Shown: positions 1 through 11,630 of the stretch, piece by piece
How positions within the stretch are numbered: the first letter of the stretch is position 1
Layout: every line of letters begins with the position of its first letter
Source of the DNA: Girardia tigrina
Taxonomy: Eukaryota
NCBI GenBank assembly: GCA_001938485.1
Contig: MQRK01216833.1
Coordinates: 1-56,286, forward strand
Reading direction: 5' to 3'
Length of the DNA stretch: 56,286 bases
Notes under the pieces: generated by a model
The model's input: only the letters and a program-made list of their open reading frames with translations
Told to the model about the DNA's origin: nothing
Databases searched by the model: none
Made by a program: the position numbers and the translations under genes

Positions 1-9
1 GGGGGGGGT

Positions 10-721
10 TGTGTGTCGAATGCCCATTTTTCCCCTACTGACTCAGGTTGTGTCAGGCCAATCTCATGACATTGGAGCAAGTTGGAGATATTTTTCTGAT
101 AAATATCGTGTCAATAGACAAAATCCCGCACTCTTTTTATCTACCGGACACTAAACAGGAAACTTGTGTCATGTTCTTTTCTACTTTATTCCGGGTATTA
201 AATGGGTGCACCACGTATACAAATATGTGTGTACAAAATGCAAAAGAATTACAATGACAACAGCTAACAAGTAAGCGTGGATAGTCGCTTTATCAAATTA
301 TGTTCATTATATCGCCTCTTCCAAATACAAATCACCAATCGGTTTCAATAAATCTTCGGCTCCCCCAAACAATCAATTCAAATCAGAACCTGAATTTTTT
401 ATAGAATCGACAACAATTCTGACCGAACATTTTAATTGAACATTCAAGATAATTATCCTCGGTCTATTAATCAGTTGTTGTAAGTTATTTCGCTTATCTC
501 TATTCGATCTGATTAGTAATTCAATATCAAATTTTTACCTTCTAAATTCATTCTTTCTTATTTTTTATTTGATTAATGTGTTTATTAATATAAATTATTC
601 GTGACTTAACAAGTCAACTTAACCTTTGTTAAAGTTACGATCCTTTTGATTATTAAATATAAATAAATAATTGCCATAATTCATAATTAAATCGTCATGA
701 TGAGCAATTCGATGTATAACA
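10..721 (+). mobile_element. Putative 3' LTR of an LTR retrotransposon (internal part would lie left of the window)
   Basis: A G-run (1-8, PPT-like) sits just before TG at 10. Imperfect inverted termini: TGTGTGTCGAATGC at the start and GCAATTCGATGTATAACA ending at 721. AATAAA motifs inside. No second LTR or TSD is visible. Confidence 0.4.
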
Positions 722-964
722 TGTGAGGCCTAAAGGTTTAGCATCATGTCGTAATTACTGAAGGGATACCGAATATCGTATTAATTTTGGCTTAAGTTTT
801 GGATAATTTTATAGATTTAAATAAGTAAGATAGAATAAATAATATATCATAAATCTGAACATTCTTTTAGGAAAAAACTTTTATTCGAAAATGATTAAAG
901 AAAAAAAGACTGAAAAAAGAAGAGAAACATAGTACTAATAACATAGCAAATATTTCAGAATCAA

Positions 965-1700
965 ATTCTTTTATTTCACGTCAAATCACAACTTAAGATG
1001 TTTTCATAAACTTTATTCTTCAAGTAACCCAAAACATATTATCAGGGATTCCATTCTGGTAAACATGACGGTCAATCTATTCCACATTCCATTCCACTTT
1101 GGGATCGAATCCAATGATGCGTTTATCAAAGTGTTGGATGATCAACTCAATACATCTTGAATTCGATGAGGTCTTACACCATTTTACATAAACGAATAAT
1201 CCTTAACTTTGTGAGATGCAGATAGATTCAGGATGAATTTATCATTAACATATAGTAATAACCTTTTCAATTGAATACGAGTCTGATGAGATTGTACAAC
1301 AAACGGTTATCCTTTCTTGATGGAATGGTGAAACAATCGCGTGATGTAGATTTTCTGAACCCTAAAATCAATAATTTTGCTTGTTGAGGCAACCTGGAAA
1401 ATGGAAATTATCTTCGTCTGAAAACCAAATGTTATTTAAGTTTCTTTCTCCACTTATTTGATGGTGATCATATTTTTGAGCATGTGAGTCGTTTGGCTGA
1501 TTTTTTTAAATTTTGTTCAGAAGCATCGATCTTTATAAGGGTGATCTTCCAATATCGACGATTCGTGTAATCGTCTTTTCTTGAAATGTTTTTGCAAAGT
1601 TTAATTGTTCTCTTTTGTTCTGTTTTCTTTCGTCTTCATCTCTACTTGAATATCCAAGATTATTTCGAATTCTTTAAATTTATTCTATGCACAACAAAAT
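965..1700 (-). pseudogene. Decayed Tc1/mariner-superfamily (ITm, DD37D/DD41D-like) transposase relic
   Basis: Manual minus-strand translation across stops and frameshifts gives HPYK, NIWFSDEDNFHFPGCLNKQNY*F*GSENLH, FM*NGVRPHRIQDV, HFDKRIIG, GID*PSCLPEWNP and GYLKNKVYEN. These match the family motifs IWFSDEAHFHL, FQQDGARPH and WPPxSPDLNPxDxFLWGYLK. Not in the ORF track. Confidence 0.8.
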
Positions 1701-1944
1701 ATGATTGTTGTTTTATTGATTTTGTGATGAGATCTAATGATAGATACTTGAAAAACGTAAAATAATTTTCAAGATTGTTTATTTCAAAATATATTAATAA
1801 AATCTATAAACAACTCATTAATTTTTGTTTTTTCTAAAATTTATTATGATTATTAATCTATTCAATTCGATGCTTTTTTTATTCTTCTTATTCTTCTTCA
1901 ATAAAGTCTTTAATTCAATTTTATCATCAAAAATAAAACAAATA

Positions 1945-2551
1945 TTAGATTAAGGAATATGTTCCCGCCGTTTTTTGAATTTTTAATCAATTTTTAATCA
2001 ATTTTTAATCAGTTTAATATTTAAATCAAATTTTTGATGTAATGTTATATGTTATTTGAAAGCTATTGTTTTGCTCTAAAAATGGTGTATTTTGTTTTTT
2101 TATTCAGATTAATTTTTGTCGATTTTTAGACCATTGAAATGGAGTGTCAAGTCGACTACCTGGCGTTATTTTGCAACACGACAGTGCACGTCCTCATATT
2201 GCCAGAATGACAAAAGAAGCAATTCAAACACTTGGTTGGGAAGTGTTACCGCATCCTCCGTATTCACCTGACTTGGCTCCATCTGATTTTCATCTTTTCC
2301 GTTCGCTTTCTAACGCTTTGCGTGGTGTTTCGTTCAACAATGATGGAGAACTGCAAGTTTGGTTGGATGAATTCTTCGAGTCAAGACCGGGCGATTTCTA
2401 CCAAAGAGGCATTGAAAAACTCGTTGAACGTTGGGACGAAGTCGTGAACAATGGCGGAGATTATATTTGTGATTAATTTGTAGTAAATTTTTTGTTAAAA
2501 AATAAAATTTTAATTTTTCAAAAAACGTCGGGAACTTATTCCTCAACCCAA
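1945..2551 (+). mobile_element. Internally deleted mariner (DD34D), 607 bp
   Basis: TIRs TTAGATTAAGGAATATGTTCCCGCCGTTTTTT and rc TTGGGTTGAGGAATAAGTTCCCGACGTTTTTT. TA target duplications at 1943-44 and 2552-53. Confidence 0.93.
2139..2476 (+). pseudogene. Mariner transposase: N-terminal MECQVD fused out of frame to the C-terminal catalytic half
   Basis: ATG at 2139. ORF 2144-2476 contains HDSARPH and YSPDLAPSDFHLF, with exactly 34 residues between the 2nd and 3rd catalytic D. The HTH and first D are deleted. Confidence 0.92.
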
Positions 2552-5176
2552 TATTTTTAGATTTTTTACTCGAATATTTTGTGAAAAGTTATATGAGAAT
2601 GATCATCTTCCAACTGGAGATCTTTAAAGACTTACTAATCAGAACATTAGATCACATTTTTAAATTATTTTACTCGAACCTTCACTAATCTAACGAAACA
2701 AAAGTCTTGATTTAAATTTAACAAATTTAGAAATGTTTTGAACTTTAACTTCCTTCAAAATGGATTCTTTTTCGCATCAAAAATGTTTGTTTTTTTAGTT
2801 CCTTATTGAATGTTTATTCGATCAAACCAGATGATTCAAGACTAATGACGAGGGTTAAATGCTTTAAAATGAAGTAATTTGAAACAATTATTGGTAAATT
2901 TTGTAAGACGAAATAATTAAAGATAAATTCCTTTCAAAATATCTCAAAATCGTTGTTTTCCTAAAATTTTCAAAGATATCATCTTAATATACAAGTTGAA
3001 CAACAACAGCTTATAATCAGGCATTCTCAATTTTTTTTACTGAAGACGAAGCCATAATTTCAAGACACTTATCAGCATCGCAGATGAAGGAAAACAGTAA
3101 GCTGATTCTTGTTGGAATCTCTTGAGACAATATAATGGTACTCCACAGACTGCTGAATACGAAATTCTACTGTTGGGATCCGACGAGAGATGACTGAAGG
3201 AAAAATAAATTGCAACTTTGGTAACTTTCAATCATACATTTGGTCTTCCATCTTTGTCTATCATAAAGTTGTCTAAAAAGTAGTCTTTATTATTTACATA
3301 CATCTAATACATAAAGATTAAAGTGCCTGCAAAGAATTGAATTTTAAATTTTAAACTTATTTCATGGTAAAAGGAAAGTGTAAAACTCTTTAATTTTACA
3401 AGACATCTTTGAGAATTGGGAAACGTACCCTAAATCCTGGTTTGGAAAAGATTTTTAAACTCAGCATCTTAAACTGTCCGTCATAAAATTTACACAAAAT
3501 TTATATTTTTATTAGAAATTATTTTTTTAGTTGTATCATAAACTTCATAAGAAACTCAATCTTGAAGAATGACACCCACAAAAATCCTGAAAATAAATTC
3601 TTTTCTTTAAGACAAAATCTAGGATAAAAAATCGGATTAAGAATTTCCTGACTTCTCTGAAGTCATAAAACAGTTCTCTTTAATTTTTTTTTAAACTCAA
3701 ACCTTCAACAATTCCAGCTCGTCAATATTCTAGTTAAATCATCAAATAAAATTCATGGAAAATATTTTTAATGGATAAATTTCTAAAATAAAACTATGAT
3801 AAATCATATCCCCACTTAGAGAACCAACGGTCTTCTTCAAATATCCCAATGGGGCACTAAAATAATTGCAGATTATTATTATGCACTAAATTTGTATTGC
3901 AGTTGAATTTTTTTTTCAAGAAAAACTTTTCCTTATAAAATATTTATTTTTACAAATAATTTTTCCCTCAAGCTACATTGAAAACATAAAATTGTGAAAG
4001 ATTTATGCATTGAAAAAAGTCAGTAAATACCAAAAAATAATGTAATTTGATTATTAATTAGTGAATATTTTCATTTTAATATTTTTTTACAAAACTTAAT
4101 AAATTAGTATATATTTATTTATTTTTATTAATTGATAGAATTTGAAAATATTGAAACTTAAAAATGAAACTTTAATAATGGAATTAATTTAAAAGTGTGA
4201 AAGTAATTATCGCAAAATCAACAATAAATTGGAAATATTCGGTTTTACTTTCGAATAATTTTGGAAGCATTAAGGAGGAACTTTAAAATAAATGGTTCAA
4301 GGTAAAATATATAAACATCTTTTTGAAAAACAGACTTTTTGGATTGACAAAAATCAATGTATAGTTTTTTTAAAATAACATTCCTTTTCTAGAAAAGCAG
4401 AAACTGAAATTTTTCATATATTTTAAAATCTTTTAGTTTCCATAATGACCTATTTAAAGCTAAAAGGTCAAAGGCTTTCACTGAACTAGAAGTTAAACAA
4501 AATCTACGTTGGAGTGGTCAATTCAAAGACGTGGTTATATGTGTTTAGGTCTAATGATCCTGCAACTATGGAATCCATTCTCGAAAATCGAGTACCCGGG
4601 TACTCGATACTTTTTAAAAAAATTTCGATAAATTCAGTACTTAGTTAATTTTGGTCGAGTAACGAGTTTTTATTTCATTTAAAAAGGAAATATTTTTATT
4701 CCATATCACTTCCAATTGGTAAATAAAACATTGTTACAGAAAAACAAAATATCTGCCTCTTTCTTTTCCAATAATTTTCCAATCTTTTAAAAATTGTTTA
4801 AATTTTTAAATAAACATGCATATCAACAAACATTTTATGAAAATGGGAATGTTATTTTTAATTAAGATTACGATGAGCTCAAAAACATTAATATTTTACA
4901 GCATTTCAGAATGATGATGGAGGAAAATTCACAATAGAGAAAGACCAAAAGCTTTTGGAAAGACATAATGCTAAAAAAGGTGACTCAGTTGACAAACTAG
5001 AAAACGCAATGATGACCATTCAAACTGCTTCGATAGTAAGCAAAAAGGTACTTTCGGTATCTTAAACATTTGGAAAAAAAAATTCGAAACTAGTTGAAGA
5101 TAGAAACTGTTTGAGAATATATAAAAATTATAATAATAAAATCTGTTTTTTAATAAAAAATATATATGTGTATATA

Positions 5177-5748
5177 CGAGGGGCGTTCCGAAAGTAAGTG
5201 GAAATACTTATATGCGGATGTGCGCGTGTGTGTGCATCTTACAGATGGACAGATGGCGTGGTGGCGTGATGTACTTAGCAGCCAATAGAAATCGAGCAAA
5301 AGTGGCATTGGTCCTTGTAACATGTGACCAGCATAGAGGAAACCGTCATAAGCAGTGTTTTCAATTTTCTTTAACACATGGAAGACGCAGTACGTTCTCA
5401 GCGTGCCATCATCTTTTTCCTTTGGAAAGAGGATACTCCTGTGTCTGACATTGTGCGCCGCTTATCAATGTGTTTCAAAGAAGAGCCCTGCAAAAGTCTT
5501 CCGTCTACAATTGGGTGCATCAATTCGAAAATGGACGTGAATCCTTGGACGACAAGGACAGGAGTGGACGTCCAGCAACGACGAGCACGGTAGAAAATGT
5601 GGAAAAAGTGTCGGAGACCATCAATGCAAATCGCTGCCTTACCAAGTTTGACAGTGATGAGGATGATGAATGACATTGTATTCCTTCAATAAATACTTTC
5701 TTGTGGTGTCGTCTCCCTTTTTTCCACTTACTTTCGGAACGCCCCTCG
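5177..5748 (+). mobile_element. Internally deleted mariner (irritans/Hsmar2-like TIR), 572 bp
   Basis: Perfect 28-bp TIR CGAGGGGCGTTCCGAAAGTAAGTGGAAA with TA TSDs at 5175-76 and 5749-50. Confidence 0.95.
5378..5673 (+). pseudogene. Mariner transposase N-terminal HTH, frameshifted and truncated
   Basis: MEDAVRSQRAIIFFLWKE.., then a frameshift near 5490 to KSSVYNWVHQFENGRESLDDKDRSGRP (mariner HTH plus RSGRP linker). The catalytic domain is absent. Confidence 0.9.
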
Positions 5749-6682
5749 TATATTAAAGAACTGGCTTAAAAAAGTTTTGTTTGAATGTTGAAAATATTAT
5801 GTTGCTGTTGAGAATTTGAAATTGATCGACTTTTTGAAAGAATTTGAAATATTGTATGGAAATTGTGAATCAAATACAAAATTGACGATATAAATATCAT
5901 TTTTTTGATTTGAGGAATAAATAAATTGGAATTTGGAAAAAAATGGAATGCTTTTCAATGATCTTACTGTGGACCTGTATTGGAATTGTTGTAGATACAA
6001 TTAGTCGTGGATTGAAACGATCGAGTGAAATCAGGACAAAATTAATGATGAGTTGTGAATGTGATTCGGTCATCGTTAGGACCTTATATGTCTATTGTGA
6101 AATTGTCAAAAGTTAATCGATATATGCAAGTTTTCAAAAATTTGGTAAATGGAAACCGATATCAAAACAGGAGTTGATGATCTCTGGGGATGGCTGCCAC
6201 ACTCAACATGCAGCTCTGCGATCAGATATTTTAAACGAGTTTCTATTCCTCAAATATTATTTTTGAATAAAAAATAAATTATAAATGAAAACATTTGCTT
6301 TTATATAAAAAAATATGTTATAATTATATTTTCTACATGTATACTTATATTAAAAATAAAGTAACAAAATATAGGGTTCTTGAATTTTTCATCCCAAAAT
6401 ACCCGAGTATATGGGAAGAGCAAAAAGTAAATACTCGATTTCCCGGTAGCTAAAAACTCGAGTATTTAGATTCTTCAACAGTATAAAAGTCAGATGGATG
6501 GATATATCTGTAGATGTAGTACATGTACAAAAAATTCGTTTTATATTTAACCAGGAAGAATTTGTACTTGACTCAAGTACAAATCTTAATTTTGCTAGAA
6601 AAGTGATCACATTTATAATGAGAAATCATCATAAAGCAATCATCCGCACGCTTTTGTTTCCGCTTTTGTTTCTGCGTTCCTG

Positions 6683-7017
6683 AGTGACCCCGAGATTCAA
6701 TATTAATTTTTAAATTACCTTTAACGAATTTTCTGAACCAATTTAAGACTGTCTGCTGGGTAGTAGCATTGTATCCGAATACACTATTGATGTATCGTAT
6801 GGTTTCTGAGTCTGAGTTTCCAAGTAAGAACTCGTACTTCAAAATACTTCCAATTTCTGTTAATTAGCAATAATTCTAATAAATTTTTTTGATGTGCTCA
6901 ATAGCCAAGATGTATCAAACAAAATAAACTTACCAACAAAATTTTTTGTCATTGTCAAATTAAAACTATTTGAATTTATTAAAATAACGTCTATAAATGT
7001 CGTACTTATCAACCAAA
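6683..7017 (-). mobile_element. Mariner 5' fragment (cecropia-like N-terminus)
   Basis: ILKYEFLLGNSDSETIRYINSVFG..QTVLNWFRKFVKGN matches the mariner HTH (YEFxLG..ETxRxIN..TVxxWFxKF). Probable decayed TIR TTTGGTTGATAAG next to TA at 7018-19. Confidence 0.8.
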
Positions 7018-7889
7018 TATAATCTCTAACAAAATAAATTTACGATAAATGATTAAAATATAAAATAAGATTATTTCCGTAAAGAAAATAAAATCTTAAT
7101 AAAATAAATATTCGACAATTATAATAGTTTAAAACACTTTGATTCTCTTGAAATATTTGTTAATATTTACCAGTTTAACTCAAACTGAATAATTCCCAAT
7201 AACAATGAGGCGATTTGAGAAACATTTAAAGGAAAATAATCTATTCAATTTTGTTTTCTGAATAAAAATTAGGTAAGGAATATAAAATCATTAATAATGC
7301 TAACAACGAAAGACAATCTAAAGTGATTGAAACAAAAAGACAGAGAGAAATTTGTAAACATTAGGAACAGCTGTTGTAGAATTGTAAAATTGACGAAAAC
7401 ATAATCGTCGATCTTATTCTCTTAGGGAAAATTTATTGAGAAAAAAAAATAAAATAAACTTATATAAAATATTTATATTATTTCTACGTAAGAAACGAAT
7501 GACATGTTCTTGCCAAATATAATGTAAATTTGGAAAGGATTTTGAGACAAGTAAAAGGAATAACAAGTCAAAAACAAAAAAGTTTATTTAAAGTAGAAAA
7601 GTTAAAAAAACCTTTTTTTCATAATTATAAAAATTTTTATTAATTTCAATTAATTACCAGACAAACTTAATATTAGTTTTTCAGAGTTTTCAGGGCATCG
7701 CCATAAGTAAATGGACTACCCAGACATATACATATTATAAAGAATCCATTAGAAAACACTTTTTAATCTTTCAATATCTAATTGTACGTTCTTTTGAATG
7801 AAAATAATCACAAACTCAAACTTGATTGATTAATGTTATTAATAGTTTCTTTTGGTATATTTAACCTAATCCTCTTGGTGAGGGGCAAC

Positions 7890-8490
7890 TAGAGGCAGCT
7901 GATGGTGCCTTTTTGGACCGATTTTACAAGATGGAGTTAGCAGTCCATTTGAGACACGGAAATCCACAGACCTTTGCTACTCATTTGATGCGAACCGATC
8001 AACTATTTTGCCTGAACATGTGTTCAAAAATGAAGGACTGGTGTTGAAATTCGTTTAAGGAAGAAAAAAATTGCGAAATTCTTGAATATCAAAAGGGGCT
8101 TTCGTTGAGAAGCCTTCCCGTTAAAATAAAGTATTTTCAAATACAGACATTCAATAGTAATAGTCAAAGAAGCAAATCTAGCGCATTGAATGATGATCAA
8201 TATCCACATTTGTTTCACAGCTCGAAAAGTTCGTTCAGAGGGCTTTAGACTTCCAATTTGAAAGTTGATTCACATTTAACTTTATCTCGGAATTGAACCT
8301 TTTTTCACTATTGTGAGAGGAACTACAACATGGCAACTATATATATATTAAAGAGACTTATTACTCAATTTATGATATCCTCAAGTTTTATTTCAAGATG
8401 TTGAGTAAATAAAAGTATTATATGGCTTAATTTTTAATCCATGAATGTTTAGAGAAGAAGGATGATTAGGATAAAGATTGGGCGTATGTG
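7890..8490 (-). pseudogene. Highly decayed Tc1-like transposase relic
   Basis: Minus strand reads FNGKASQRKPLLIFKN..HF*THV..LVKSVQKGTIS, resembling Tc1 GRxARKKPLL..FW..V..PTVKxGGGS. Many stops. Confidence 0.45.
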
Positions 8491-9010
8491 TATATATTTT
8501 TAAAAATTTAAAAATTTGTTAAAAAAATTTAAATTTAAGAATTTTGCTTTCTAAAGAATTATAGATTTGTAATTTATGCCGGAAAATTCAAAAAGTTAAA
8601 ATTAGTTTAAAATATAAATAAAAAATTAAAATTGATCTTTAAGTTTAAATTTAAACCGTTTGTGCTGAAAGAATTTTAAAATTTAAACTTGTGAGAATTT
8701 AAAATTTAAATTAATCTGTTCAACTTATTGAGAAGGAGTTTCTGTTCCAGTTTTAATCAAATTTTTGAGTCTTTCAAAGATCTGTGCAAATGAATCACTC
8801 TTTAGACGATGTAAAGTTGAATAGTAATTGCGGAACCGAATTTAAATTGTAAACGAAAAATAGAAGTATTATGAATTTCAAATACTTGGGATGGTATAAA
8901 AAATATTTGAAAACAGTAATCTATGAGAAGAACCTGATGAAGGTTAATCTAGATCTGAAACCAAAGGATGATATTAATGTCCTCAAATGGAAATATGCAG
9001 ATTTTATTAA

Positions 9011-11615
9011 CACTATTTCTACCGACACTTCACGTATACCCCTACTGCGGCTGGTCAAATGACCGGTCTTTCACAACTTATATTTTTCAATATTGAATGC
9101 AGACCAATAGCTAGCTTACCAGTATAAAAATATATTTTCTTTTTTTCAAGAGTACATAAACTACATTTTATTATTTTTCGTCGCACTTTTTACAAAATGG
9201 GCTGCTCAACTGTACATTTTCCGCATACGTACTTTTTACATTTTATACAGATTTTATTCGCCATATTATCTCTACAATACCTTATCTGACATGTTTTCCG
9301 TTCACGGGAAAAGGTACTTGTACTTGCGATGGGTATTGGTTATTTTTTTTGCCTATCTCTTGGTGGTACTCGATGGCAAGTTCTTCTGCCAATTGGAATA
9401 GAAATTCCTGTCTTGTAATTTCTCCTCCCGTAGTTTCTTTATATAACACCCATGCATTTATCCCGGCTAAATCCAAAATATTAAAAAAATACTTGCAAAT
9501 GCCATCTCCGTGATTTAAATTTTACCGAATAATTTCAGGCCATTTGGCCAGTCACATCTACGCCCAATTTGGTGCTATTATACAACTGAATTGTCTCCGG
9601 TGTTCGGGTGTCATTTTCTTCAACTTGTACGGAATTGTGCATTGAACTGAGAATTAGAACTTTCTTTCTTGGTTTGGCTTTGTAAACTGTCAACATAATT
9701 ATTTGAGCGATACAGTTTGGTTGAAAAAAGGGCCATGTCGTCGTTTTTCAGTTTTGCCAGTTTTGGTAGTTCTTTTCTATTTGCTCTAATTGTCCCAACA
9801 ATCGTAGTTTTTTTTACTAAAAGTTTTGTTGCTAAAGGTAGGCTTGTAAAAATGTTGTCCGTGGTTATATTTCTTCCAGATTCTACATGCGATTTTGCTA
9901 ATTTCATAGTGACAAACTCTCCAAGAGGAACTTAGGCTTCTCTACTTTCATCTTTCCCAAATATGGAAAGCAGTTTATTATATATTTGATACGTACATCG
10001 GATGCTAACCAGAATTTTAAACCAAATTTGTCCGGTTTATTGGACATGTATTGAGTAAATCTACACCTTGCTTTCGTTTGAAACAATTTTTCGTCAATAG
10101 TAATATATGGCCCTGGTTTATAAAAATTTTGACTGTTATTTTAGCGAATTTATCGGTTTGTAAGCGTTGGCCTCGCGGATTTCTGTCTTCAAATTGAATA
10201 AATCTCATAATCTCAGTAAAGTCATGTCTACTCATAGTACTTGAGAAAAAAAGCGAGCCCCACTTTTTATTCCATAGAAGTGCTATATCTATATTCTTAG
10301 CCTCATATGCGCCGCGTGCATACAAAATTGCAAAAAAATGCATATAACTTTGCAGTAGACAATTCCCATTTATATCCCAACACTCTAAATGCCTCTGTCT
10401 CTGTGCACTTTCTTATAAGTTCGATTACATTTTTATCAATTATCACAGAATAACTTCGCCTTTCATAATATTACGTTTACTATACCCAGTCGGGGCTGAT
10501 GTTTCCCAAAAATATTATGACTAAGTGTTCTTCCAGGATTAGACCCTGTTTTACTTCCTGCCAAACAGTTCCGTCCATCGCAATTTCTCTTAGCTCTTCG
10601 TCATTCTCACTATCGGAACTAACTAAAACTCTCCTTCTCTTTCGTCGTCTACATACGTTCGAAATATTTTCTTCATTCTCATCGGAGTTCGAGTCGGTTT
10701 CAAGTGGAGCATAATTTTCCGTATTGTCGATTTCAATATCCAGAATTTCTTGATCATCTTCAGAACATTATGCATTGATATCATTTATTTTCTCTAATAA
10801 TACATTCGCACTCCTCAAACGTCTTGACATTTTGGGGACAAATATTCAACGGAAAAAATAAAAACCAAAATATGAAAATGTAAATCAATATAGATAAAAA
10901 AATCAATAAAAATCAAATGTGAAACATACAGTGACGTATTATTAGTCTTGTTCACTATTTTGAAAATGACACTTACAACACGTAATACAATATAAAATAT
11001 TATAAAATAATAATAATAAAAGACTGCCAAGTATCCTCTTTGTGACTTTCATGTTTCGATGCACTCTGCTCGTGTTACAAGACTCTACTGATTTGAATTC
11101 GTGAAAAGACGTCAATATATTTTTTTCAGTTATGAGTTCATTTCTTTTCCATCATAGTAGATAAGATTGCGTGAGAAAATTCGAGGAAGTGGACCGTATC
11201 AGATCAATCAAGCAAATAAACACCTCTAGCCCGATAGTCGAGCGAAAACTGCAAACACTTTGAAGTACCGTAAACCATTTTCTGGAAGGCACTTATAGGA
11301 TAAAATCATGCCACAACTACATTACCTTTCATTTGTAACGAATTTATAGTTTTTGCATTGAGACTTAGAGAAAAACTATTACAAAAAAGTATAAATCGTA
11401 CCACCGGTCAAATGACCGGTCGTGGTAGATAAGACAGACTACAAATTTTTCTCAGAAAATAAACAATAAAAAAATAAGTGAATATTGAAAAATGTATCAT
11501 ACATATATATGAGGAAAAGTCATAAAGTTTAAAGGTGATTCGCTTACGTTCAATGTAGGAAGTTCCAATGGAAAATTTGAAAAAGGTCATTTGAACGGTC
11601 CCGGTAGGAATAGTG
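9011..11615 (-). mobile_element. Full-length decayed piggyBac (2.6 kb)
   Basis: TTAA at 9007-10 and 11616-19. TIR CACTATT(T/C)CTACCG. Subterminal palindrome GGTCAAATGACC at 9053 and 11406, with a variant at 11585. Confidence 0.95.
9170..10830 (-). pseudogene. piggyBac transposase (PGBD4-like), multiple frameshifts and stops
   Basis: ATG at 10830 (MSRRLRS..). Motifs DGTVW, STMSRHDFTEIMRF, CRFTQYMSNKPDKFGLKFW, GRNITTDNIFTS, TIVGTIRANRKELP, DLAGINAWVLY, and a C-terminal Cys-rich finger KTCQIRYC..CIKCKKYVCGKC. Confidence 0.95.
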
Positions 11616-11630
11616 TTAAGAGAAAAATGT

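Larger units (their letters stand above)
5091..6208 (-). mobile_element. Insertion splitting the hAT relic; possible solo LTR
   Basis: It interrupts the hAT C-terminal reading. Termini T(A)GTTGA and TCAACA resemble TG..CA LTR ends. No TSD recognised. Confidence 0.3.
4567..6477 (+). mobile_element. Old non-autonomous hAT element with a dimerization-domain relic, split by nested insertions
   Basis: ACTCG/CGAGT subterminal motif clusters at ~4575-4665 and ~6400-6465. 4913-5090 translates to ..LENAMMTIQTASIVSKKVLSVS, resembling hAT ALLTIxPTSVxSERxFS. It resumes at 6213-6266 as ALRSDILNEFLFLKYYF*. Ends are approximate and no TSD was found. Confidence 0.55.
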
